Shown here: piece by piece, positions 17,550 through 24,000 of the stretch | How the letters are laid out: the number at the start of each line of letters is the position of its first letter | Numbering within the stretch: position 1 is the first letter of the stretch | Assembly: GCF_027925145.1 (NCBI RefSeq) | Contig: NZ_AP027130.1 | Span: 2,126,537 to 2,150,536, forward strand | Source of the DNA: Thermodesulfomicrobium sp. WS | GTDB lineage: Bacteria > Desulfobacterota > Desulfovibrionia > Desulfovibrionales > Desulfomicrobiaceae | Direction: 5' to 3' | Length of the DNA stretch: 24,000 bases | Program-made: the position numbers and the translations under genes | The notes under the pieces: generated by a model | Seen by the model: only the letters and a program-made list of their open reading frames with translations | The model's database searches: none | What the model was told of the DNA's origin: nothing

Positions 17550-18217
17550 GCCTCCTCCAGGCGGGCAAAGGCGGCCTTGGCCTCCCGCACGAAGGCCCGC
17601 ACCAGGCAGGGGTCTTTGTCCCCTTCCTCATCCTCCAGGGCGGTGTGGGCGTCCACCCCCGCCGGACGCACCAGGGCAATGGCCGCGGCCACATTCACCG
17701 GAGACAGACCGCCGGCCACGATCACCGGGAGCGGCGACGCCTCCACCAAGGCGCGGCTCACCTGCCAGTCATGGGTGCGGCCCGTGGCGCCCATGGCGCC
17801 GGTACGCGGGTCGAAGGTGTCGGTCAAAAATGCGTCACACACCGGGGCAAAGCGCTCCACAAAGGCGGAAATCCCCTCCACGGCAAAGCCCACCACATAG
17901 CTCTTGATGACCCGCACCGCCACGGCCTGACGCACGGCGGCGATGGTCTGGGGCGTGACCTCCCCATGGAGCTGCACCCAGCCCACGGGCAGCCGCTGAC
18001 AGAGCTCGATGATCTCGTGCGGGTTGGCGGCATAGGTGATGAGCACGGCCCGGTCGCGCCCCAAGGCCTCGGCGATGGACACGGCCTGGGCTTCGGTCAC
18101 GTCCGGCTGGTGGTAGGCCAAACGCAAGGGGATGCCCACCTGGTCCACGCCAAGGCCCACCAGCATACGCGCCTCGGCCACGGAACGCACCCCCGCCACT
18201 TGGACCACACCGCGCAT
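17546..18217 (-). CDS. Phosphoribosylanthranilate isomerase (TrpF)-like TIM-barrel protein, divergent
   Basis: Collinear with PRAI as I recall it: VQLHGE, LTDT...GATGRTHDW, VAGGLSPVNV, VRPAGVDA. The position of the catalytic Cys in the N-terminal K-I-C-G motif reads V-Q-V-A-G here. No other trp genes are present in the window. Confidence 0.7.
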   Translation of the reverse strand: MRGVVQVAGVRSVAEARMLVGLGVDQVGIPLRLAYHQPDVTEAQAVSIAEALGRDRAVLITYAANPHEIIELCQRLPVGWVQLHGEVTPQTIAAVRQAVAVRVIKSYVVGFAVEGISAFVERFAPVCDAFLTDTFDPRTGAMGATGRTHDWQVSRALVEASPLPVIVAGGLSPVNVAAAIALVRPAGVDAHTALEDEEGDKDPCLVRAFVREAKAAFARLEEA

Positions 18218-18220
18218 GGG

Positions 18221-18505
18221 TCAACTCCGGTCGCCAGTGCGGCGGCGCTCCTCTTCCAAGAGGGCCTTGGCCACCTTGAGGTCGTACAGGCGGGTGGGGT
18301 CCAGGTCCTTGGAGCGCTCTTTGCGGAAGAGCTGCGCCCCGCGCTGCACCAAATCCATATCCAACCACCCGTGCCGTTCCCAAATCTCGGGATAATCGGG
18401 ATTGTAGAGCCGAAACTCCACCACCCCGTCGCGCTCGCGCACATACATGCGGATGCGCTTGTTGCCCGGCACCGGATAATAAAACACACCACTGGGGGTA
18501 CGCAT
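18221..18505 (-). CDS. Hypothetical 94-aa protein (first gene of the long minus-strand string)
   Basis: The ORF 18221..18598 is trimmed to ATG 18505, 7 nt after AGGAGGA. The product begins MRTPSGVFYYPVPGNKRIRMYVRERDGVVEFRLYNPDYPEIWERHGWLDMDL. I recognise no family. Its stop lies 3 nt before the TrpF-like start. Confidence 0.7.
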   Translation of the reverse strand: MRTPSGVFYYPVPGNKRIRMYVRERDGVVEFRLYNPDYPEIWERHGWLDMDLVQRGAQLFRKERSKDLDPTRLYDLKVAKALLEEERRRTGDRS

Positions 18506-18587
18506 ACCAGGTTCCTCCTGAAAACTGCGCCAGCTTCCTAGCCGCCGCCGCCCAGGGAGGGAAGGGCCCAGCAGGCGATTTTTTTGT

Positions 18588-18616
18588 TTGACAATCAAAA
18601 CACCACAACTTAGTTG
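18588..18616 (+). promoter_or_regulatory. Candidate promoter -35 (TTGACA) and palindromic operator CAACTTAGTTG upstream of the CDF-MarR operon
   Basis: TTGACA at 18588-18593. Its complement TTGTCA could serve the divergent minus-strand operon. The 11-bp palindrome CAACT-T-AGTTG at 18606-18616 sits where a -10 element would fall with a 17-nt spacer. ATCAAAAC occurs twice, at 18594-18601 and 18620-18627. Confidence 0.3.
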
Positions 18617-18656
18617 GCTATCAAAACTATTTGAAACTCAAACAAAGGAGCGCTGC

Positions 18657-19544
18657 ATGTCTTCCTGCACCTGCCACCACCATCACGAAGCCGAGCGCGG
18701 CACCCGGTGGGTATGTCTCATCACCCTGGTCACCATGGCCACGGAAATCCTTGCGGGATGGCTCTTTGGCTCCATGGCCCTCATGGCCGACGGCTGGCAC
18801 ATGGCTGGCCACGCTGGCGCCATGGGGGTCGCCTGGTTTGCCTACGTCTACATGCGCACCCATCGCGGGGACCGGCGTTTCGTCTTCGGGCCCGGCAAGA
18901 TCAACGCCTTGGCGGGGTTTGTCTCCGCCCTGGGTCTGGGGCTCGTCTCCGTGTTCATGATCGTCGAGTCCGCCCACCGGCTGGTGGCCCCCACCAGCAT
19001 CGCCTTCACCGAGGCCATGGTCGTGGCCGTGCTCGGGCTTGTGGTCAACATCGCCAGCGCCTGGCTGCTCCGCGATCGGGAGCATGCCTCCCATGACACG
19101 GACCAGAACCTGAGGGCCGCCTACCTCCACGTGCTTGCCGACGCCCTTACCTCGGTGCTGGCCATCGCGGCCTTGGCAGGCGGAAAATTCTGGGGGCTCA
19201 CCCGTCTGGACCCGATCATGGGCGTGGTGGGTGCGGTGGTGGTCGGCAAGTGGGCCATCGCGCTCACCCGGGACACCGCGGCGATACTGCTCGACATGCG
19301 CGCCCCGGAACACGTCAGCGCCACCGTACGCCAACGACTGGAATCCACAGGGGCCTCCATCCGCGACCTTGCCTTGTGGTACGTGGGGCCGCAAGAGATG
19401 GCTGCTTCGGTCTGTCTGGCCGCGCCCACGGCGGCGCCGCCGGAGACCTACACGGACATCGTGCGCGCCGTGCCCGAAGTGGCCTTTGTGCGTGTGGAAG
19501 TCCACAACCTGCCCTGCCCAGGGGAAAAAGACCATGACCACTAG
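18657..19544 (+). CDS. Cation diffusion facilitator (CDF) family divalent metal efflux transporter
   Basis: The ORF 18588..19544 is trimmed to ATG 18657, 6 nt after AAGGAG 18645-18650. Cys/His-rich N-terminus MSSCTCHHHHE. The TM2 motif ADGWHMAGHA and TM5 motif HVLADALTS are CDF metal-site signatures. 295 aa. Confidence 0.88.
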   Translation: MSSCTCHHHHEAERGTRWVCLITLVTMATEILAGWLFGSMALMADGWHMAGHAGAMGVAWFAYVYMRTHRGDRRFVFGPGKINALAGFVSALGLGLVSVFMIVESAHRLVAPTSIAFTEAMVVAVLGLVVNIASAWLLRDREHASHDTDQNLRAAYLHVLADALTSVLAIAALAGGKFWGLTRLDPIMGVVGAVVVGKWAIALTRDTAAILLDMRAPEHVSATVRQRLESTGASIRDLALWYVGPQEMAASVCLAAPTAAPPETYTDIVRAVPEVAFVRVEVHNLPCPGEKDHDH

Positions 19545-19962
19545 TCCCGTGGATCTCGAAGCCCTCTCGCACCTTCTGGTGGAGTTCTACGAGCGCCTCT
19601 CCTCCTGGGAGCAGGAAGTGGCACGGGACAGCGGCCTTTCGCTGCCGCAGATGCACACCCTGGAGATCCTCGGGCACCACGCCCCCTTGCGCATGAAGGA
19701 CCTGGCCGAACGCCTGGGGGTCACCACCGGCACCATGACCGTCACCGTGGATAAATTGGAGCGCCTCGGGCTGGTGACCCGCCAACCCCACGGCACCGAC
19801 CGGCGCTCCTTGCTCGTGGCCCTCACCCCGGAAGGAGAACGGCTCTACCAAGAACACCACGGCCACCACCTGCGCCTCACCCAGGAACTCACCGCAGACC
19901 TCACGGAAGCCGAGCTCGCCTGCCTCACCCAAACCCTCGCCAAGATGCGTGCCGTCATTTGA
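19534..19962 (+). CDS. MarR-family transcriptional regulator, AdcR/ZitR-like (candidate metal sensor)
   Basis: Only the last 142 codons of ORF 19135..19962 are used. ATG 19534 overlaps the CDF stop by 11 nt. Winged-helix core LRMKDLAERLGVTTGTMTVTVDKLERLGLVTR...DRRS. His cluster E107-H108-H109-G-H111-H112, plus QMH41TL. Confidence 0.85.
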   Translation: MTTSPVDLEALSHLLVEFYERLSSWEQEVARDSGLSLPQMHTLEILGHHAPLRMKDLAERLGVTTGTMTVTVDKLERLGLVTRQPHGTDRRSLLVALTPEGERLYQEHHGHHLRLTQELTADLTEAELACLTQTLAKMRAVI

Positions 19963-20003
19963 CAGCGCCACCCAGCCGGCTACAAGCCGGGGCGGAGGTC
20001 ATC

Positions 20004-20777
20004 ATGTTCACGGTCCCCATCTCCGACACCTATGATTCCCTGCCCCGGCGCGTGGGTCCCATCTCCCGCTGGTTTCCCTCCCTGGCCTTCTACGCCCGGG
20101 TACTCGGGGTGGTGGTGCGCGCTGCCGCGAGCACCCGGCGCGGCTACACCCACGCCATGTGGGTGGACGACAGTGTACGCTTCATCCGTGCCGCCGAGGC
20201 CACAGGGCTCACCTTCCATGTGGAAGGCCTGCACCACTTCACCAACCTCTCCGGGCCCTGCGTGGTGGTGGCCAACCACATGTCCACCCTGGAGACCTTT
20301 GCCTTGCCGGCCATCCTGGGCGCCCACCGCCCCATCTGCTTCGTGCTCAAGGAAAGCCTCCTGCGCTACCCGGTGTTCCGGCACGTGGTCGGAAACACCC
20401 ATCCCGTGGCCGTGCGCCGCCAAAACCCACGGGAAGACCTGGAGATCGTCCTCACCCAAGGGACCGAGCGCCTCGCCCAGGGATTTTCCGTAGTGGTCTT
20501 TCCCCAGACCACCCGGCGGCCGGACATCGATCCCGCAAGCTTCAACTCCATCGGCGTCAAGCTCGCCAAGCGGGCCCAGGTGCCGGTGCTCCCCATAGCG
20601 GTGGATACCCGCGCCTGGGGTACTGGACGCATCCTCAAAGATTTCGGTCCGATCCGGCCGCAAATCCCGGTGCGCTTCGCCTGCGGCGCTCCCCTTGCCA
20701 TCACCGGCAACGGCAAAGACCAGCACGCTCAGGTGCTCGACTTCCTCCAATCGTCCCTGCGCCGGTGGAACGCATGA
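20004..20777 (+). CDS. PlsC-family lysophospholipid (1-acyl-sn-glycerol-3-phosphate) acyltransferase
   Basis: The ORF 19959..20777 (TTG start) is trimmed to ATG 20004, 5 nt after GGAGG 19994-19998. Acyltransferase motifs VVANHMSTLE (HX4D/E type) and VVVFPQTTR (FPEGTR type). Confidence 0.8.
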   Translation: MFTVPISDTYDSLPRRVGPISRWFPSLAFYARVLGVVVRAAASTRRGYTHAMWVDDSVRFIRAAEATGLTFHVEGLHHFTNLSGPCVVVANHMSTLETFALPAILGAHRPICFVLKESLLRYPVFRHVVGNTHPVAVRRQNPREDLEIVLTQGTERLAQGFSVVVFPQTTRRPDIDPASFNSIGVKLAKRAQVPVLPIAVDTRAWGTGRILKDFGPIRPQIPVRFACGAPLAITGNGKDQHAQVLDFLQSSLRRWNA

Positions 20778-21829
20778 GACCGGTGCGCATCCTCGCCACC
20801 GGCGGTACCATCGCCATGGCCCCCACGCCCCACGGCTTTGCCCCCCGGCCGGGATACCTGGAGGAACTCCTCGCCCAGGATCCCCGCTTCCAGCACCCGG
20901 AGCTGCCGCCCTTTACCCTCCACGAGTACACCCCGCTCATGGACTCGGCCACCATGCGGCCCGAGCATTGGCAGACCCTCGCCCAGGACATCGCCGCCGC
21001 CCACGAAGACGGCGCCGGGGTGGTGGTGCTCCACGGCACGGACACCATGGCGTATACGGCCTCGGCCCTGGCCTTTCTTTTGGAGAACCTGCACCATCCC
21101 GTGGTGCTCACCGGCTCCCAACTCCCCATGGGAGAGCTGCGCAGCGACGCCCCGGACAACCTCCTCGCGGCCCTGCTCCTCGCCGCCCAGCCGCACCTGC
21201 CGGAGGTGGTCCTGGTCTTCGGACACCGCATCCTGCGCGGCTGCCGCGCCACCAAGGTGGATGCCTCGGGATTCATGGCCTTCGACTCGCCAAACTATCC
21301 CGACCTCGGTACCCTCGGGGTGCGCCTGACCCTCTTCGCCGACAGGCTGCGGCCCATGCCGCAAGCCCCGCTTCGCGTCCACAGCCTCAATCCTCATACC
21401 CAGGTGGGCGTGGTGCGCCTCTTTCCGGGCATCAGCGCCGCCTTCCTCGCCAACGTGCTGCGCTCCCCGCTGCAGGGGCTCATCCTCGAGACCTATGGCA
21501 TGGGCAATGGTCCCAGCGACGACACGGCGCTGCTTGGCACCTTAGAACGGGCCAGCCGACGCGGCGTCGTGGTGGTGAACTGCACCCAATGCCTGCGCGG
21601 CGGAGTCGACCAAGAGGGCTACGCCACCGGTTCCGCGCTGGCCCGGGCCGGCGTGGTGAGCGGCGGGGACATGACCGTGGAAGCAGCCCTCACCAAACTC
21701 CTCTTTCTCCTCAGCACCGAGCCCAACGCCGACGCCGTGCGCGCCCGCATGGAGGAAGACCTGCGCGGCGAGCGCACTCCGGCGCATCCATCCCCCACCC
21801 ATGGCACGGTGGAGCCTGCGCACTTGTAG
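20774..21829 (+). CDS. ansA: Type I (cytoplasmic) L-asparaginase
   Basis: Only the last 351 codons of ORF 20159..21829 are used. ATG 20774 forms an ATGA overlap with the acyltransferase stop. Motifs RILATGGTIAM and VVLHGTDTMAYTASAL. Confidence 0.88.
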   Translation: MRPVRILATGGTIAMAPTPHGFAPRPGYLEELLAQDPRFQHPELPPFTLHEYTPLMDSATMRPEHWQTLAQDIAAAHEDGAGVVVLHGTDTMAYTASALAFLLENLHHPVVLTGSQLPMGELRSDAPDNLLAALLLAAQPHLPEVVLVFGHRILRGCRATKVDASGFMAFDSPNYPDLGTLGVRLTLFADRLRPMPQAPLRVHSLNPHTQVGVVRLFPGISAAFLANVLRSPLQGLILETYGMGNGPSDDTALLGTLERASRRGVVVVNCTQCLRGGVDQEGYATGSALARAGVVSGGDMTVEAALTKLLFLLSTEPNADAVRARMEEDLRGERTPAHPSPTHGTVEPAHL

Positions 21830-21910
21830 GCTTGAGGCGTACAATGCGCCAGATGTGGCTTTTCAAAGCACCATCCTGAACCAGAACCACAATAGTCCAA
21901 ATTTCTCCCA

Positions 21911-22012
21911 AAAGACCTCTCCGCGAGAAAGGCGTTGGAAGACGTCTTTCAACGCCAGGCGCAAGGCGTCCTTGGTCTGCAAAAGGCCTGTCCGCGAGAA
22001 GGGTGTTGTAAG
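21911..22012 (+). repeat. Two copies of a ~31-bp imperfect direct repeat upstream of the sensor gene
   Basis: AAAGACCTCTCCGCGAGAAAGGCGTTGGAAG (21911-21941) versus AAAGGCCTGTCCGCGAGAAGGGTGTTGTAAG (21982-22012). They match at 26 of 31 positions, with starts 71 bp apart. A TATATT -10-like box sits at 22044-22049. Confidence 0.7.
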
Positions 22013-22071
22013 CGCATGGAAAATCGCATAGGCAAAACCCGCCTATATTCTTTGGTATTGGAGAAGCGCTC

Positions 22072-24000
22072 ATGGTCTTTGCCCTGCTCGATGATATTCG
22101 CATGCGCCCCAAGCTGCTCCTGCTCTTTCTCTTTACCGCCATCGTGCCCTTGGTGGTGGTGGGCAGCGTGGGAGGGTACTTTGCCATCCGCACCCTCACC
22201 CAACAAACCGAGCGAGAGCTTTCCGCCCTTCAAGACATGCAGGCCGACAAACTCACTGCGGCCTTCAACACCCTCCAAGCCGTGCTCACCCCCCTTGCCG
22301 AGGCCCCGCATGTACGCGCCGCCTTCACCAGCACCGATCTGCATATCGAAGACACGCTCAAGGGCACGGCGCGCTCCCTCAACCTCATGGCCATCACCCT
22401 GATCACCCAAAAAGGCGTCGTGCGCGCCAGTTCCCTCAAGGAACTGGACGGCCACGACCTGACTTTCGGCCGGCTGGCAGCCTCAGCCATGAGCATTGCC
22501 TGGAGCAGCGCCAAAGAACAGAACCAGCCGGTATTCGTGGATTTCTCCGCAGACCCTCTCGGTTGGGGCTTCCCCCTGGCCTTCCTCGCCCTGCCGGTCT
22601 TTGACGCCGAAGGCGGGCGCCTGGGCGTCCTCCTTGCCCTGCTGGGCCCAGATTTCGTCGACCAGCCTTTGGCCTCCCGCCAGGGGCTCGGCAAAACCGG
22701 CGAGACTTATGCCATCCGCTTCCTTGCCGATGGCAACCGCTATGAATTCCGCTCCTCCATGCGCACCATGGGCATGGGTCGCTACCGCCCGGGCGTGACG
22801 CTCGACCGGCCGCCGGCGTACTGGGGGCAGGCCACGCATCAGGAGAGCGGTTTTGGCGAATACATCGACAGTAGCGGCACCACCGTGTTCGTGGCCTTCC
22901 GGCCCATAGACATCCTCGGAGTGCGCTGGTTTTTGATCTCCAAGATCGACAAGGTCGAGGTCTTTCAGCCCATTGTCTGGTTCACCCTGGCCATGATGGG
23001 CGCCGCAGTCTTCTTCATCCTCGCCATCACCCCGGGCGTCCACGTCCTGGCCCGGCGACTCAGCGCCCCCCTGGAGGCCGGGGTGCGCTTCGCCCAAGCC
23101 ATTTCCTCCGGCAATTACACCGCCCGTTGGGAGGTTTCCCAGCACGACGAGATGGGAGATCTGGCCCATGCCCTCAACCGCATGGCCCAAGACCTGCGTG
23201 AACAGGATTGGCGGCGCCGGGGCATCAGCGGGCTCGACAACGCCCTGCGCGGCGAACACACGCCGGAAGAAATCCTGCGCCGCGCCCTGGACTTCCTCTC
23301 CCGCCATACGGAGGCGTCGTTGGGCCTTGCGTATCTCGCCGAAGAAAACGGCGCCCTGTCGCTTCGGGCAAGCCGCGCCTTCGTGGACCGCACCGGGACC
23401 TTCCACCGGGTGGAACCCGGGCACGGGCTCGTGGGCCAGGCGGTCCAAGAACGGGAGCTCTTGACCTTCCACTGCCTCAAAGACCCAGCACAGGCCCCAA
23501 CCTTTTCCTCCGGCGTCCATGAAGCCATCCCCTCCCATCTGGCGGCCCTGCCCTTGGTGTTCGAGGGCCGCACCGTGGGCGCGCTGCTTTTCGGCATGGA
23601 GGCTCCCATCACCCATCTCATGCGCGACTTCCTCACCCAGGCAGGCCAAAACCTTGCCGTGCTGCTCCATGCGGCCCTGTCCCGGCAGACCATCGACGGG
23701 CTGCTGCGTACCGCCCAAGAGCAGCAAGAGCAGCTGCGCCAGGCCAATCAAGAGTTGGAGGCCCAGGCCCGCGCCCTCAAGGAATCCGAAGCCGAACTCC
23801 AGGCCCAGCACGAAGAATTACAAGTCACCAACGAAGAGCTGGAAGAACAGGCCCGCGCCCTCAAGGAATCCCAGACCAAACTGGAGGCCCAGCAAGAAGA
23901 ACTGCGCGCGGCCAACGCCAAGCTGGAAGAGCGCACCAACGCCCTGGAAGAGCAGAAGATCGCCATGCGCAAAAAGAACATCGATCTGCTGCGCGCCCAG
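22072..24000 (+). CDS. Membrane sensor protein (Cache-like periplasmic domain, HAMP, GAF, long coiled coil), 5' partial, probably a histidine kinase
   Basis: Hand-translated open frame from ATG 22072 (6 nt after GGAGAA 22060-22065) to the window end with no stop, giving 643 codons. It is absent from the track for that reason. TM1 is KLLLLFLFTAIVPLVVVGSVGGYF. A periplasmic region of about 250 aa follows, then TM2 IVWFTLAMMGAAVFFILAI and HAMP (SQHDEMGDLAHALNRMAQDL). Next come a GAF-like segment (GLVGQAVQERELL...LPLVFEGRTVGALLFG) and the coiled coil ELEAQARALKESEAELQAQHEELQVTNEELEEQ. The output domain lies beyond the window. Confidence 0.85.
   Translation, partial: MVFALLDDIRMRPKLLLLFLFTAIVPLVVVGSVGGYFAIRTLTQQTERELSALQDMQADKLTAAFNTLQAVLTPLAEAPHVRAAFTSTDLHIEDTLKGTARSLNLMAITLITQKGVVRASSLKELDGHDLTFGRLAASAMSIAWSSAKEQNQPVFVDFSADPLGWGFPLAFLALPVFDAEGGRLGVLLALLGPDFVDQPLASRQGLGKTGETYAIRFLADGNRYEFRSSMRTMGMGRYRPGVTLDRPPAYWGQATHQESGFGEYIDSSGTTVFVAFRPIDILGVRWFLISKIDKVEVFQPIVWFTLAMMGAAVFFILAITPGVHVLARRLSAPLEAGVRFAQAISSGNYTARWEVSQHDEMGDLAHALNRMAQDLREQDWRRRGISGLDNALRGEHTPEEILRRALDFLSRHTEASLGLAYLAEENGALSLRASRAFVDRTGTFHRVEPGHGLVGQAVQERELLTFHCLKDPAQAPTFSSGVHEAIPSHLAALPLVFEGRTVGALLFGMEAPITHLMRDFLTQAGQNLAVLLHAALSRQTIDGLLRTAQEQQEQLRQANQELEAQARALKESEAELQAQHEELQVTNEELEEQARALKESQTKLEAQQEELRAANAKLEERTNALEEQKIAMRKKNIDLLRAQ

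Noticed and set aside
19135-19533. Upstream 133 codons of the 275-aa ORF containing the MarR gene, and likewise 20159..20773 upstream of ansA
   Set aside because: These portions overlap the CDF and acyltransferase genes in other frames and have Pro/Arg-rich nonsense-like translations. The real starts are the coupled ATGs at 19534 and 20774.
21801-22031. 76-aa plus-strand ORF across the ansA end and the repeat region
   Set aside because: It overlaps the ansA 3' end, has no SD, and its basic repetitive translation simply reflects the DNA direct repeats.
22053-22068. Sigma-54-like spacing TGGTATTGGAGAAGC (GG-N10-GC)
   Set aside because: It overlaps the SD and ends about 5 nt before the ATG, so the transcription start would fall inside the coding sequence. 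Its match to TGGCAC-N5-TTGC is poor.
22483-23811. 442-aa minus-strand ORF
   Set aside because: It is antisense to the sensor gene, whose plus-strand frame is open for 643 codons with clear TM, HAMP and GAF features.
1-24000. CRISPR arrays, tRNA/rRNA genes, transposases, integrases, phage or defence-system genes
   Set aside because: I could see none on either strand. The gene content is housekeeping, so I do not claim a novel defence or mobile system here.

Overview
GC-rich, gene-dense window that looks like core chromosome of an anaerobic, probably Desulfovibrio-like deltaproteobacterium. That placement is an inference from gene content only: HydG maturase, class III RNR, RNase Y plus YmdB, MinCDE, ZapB-ZapA. 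Layout: (1) an AT-rich divergent promoter region at the left edge, then a plus-strand operon with a structured leader, a TM1266-type small regulator and HydG. (2) A plus-strand pair of secreted proteins, a lipoprotein and a FlgO-like/peptidoglycan-binding protein. (3) Minus-strand nrdG-nrdD behind what reads as a compact cobalamin riboswitch. (4) An ~11.3 kb uninterrupted minus-strand gene string: 94-aa hypothetical, TrpF-like, yigZ, minC, minD, minE, glmU, zapB, zapA, 6S RNA, rny, ymdB, tyrS, ubiA-like, thrC. Many of its junctions are ATGA/GTGA/TAATG overlaps. (5) A plus-strand string of CDF metal exporter, AdcR/ZitR-like MarR regulator, PlsC-family acyltransferase and type I asparaginase. 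(6) The 5' part of a large Cache-HAMP-GAF-coiled-coil sensor that runs off the right edge and is absent from the ORF track because it has no stop in the window. I saw no CRISPR array, tRNA/rRNA, transposase or phage genes, so this is not an obvious accessory island. The most interesting content is non-coding and invisible in the ORF track: a 6S RNA (ssrS) homolog downstream of zapA, a B12-riboswitch-like element ahead of nrdGD, and a two-state structured leader ahead of the hydG operon. Many long ORFs in the track are antisense shadow ORFs typical of GC-rich DNA and were rejected.
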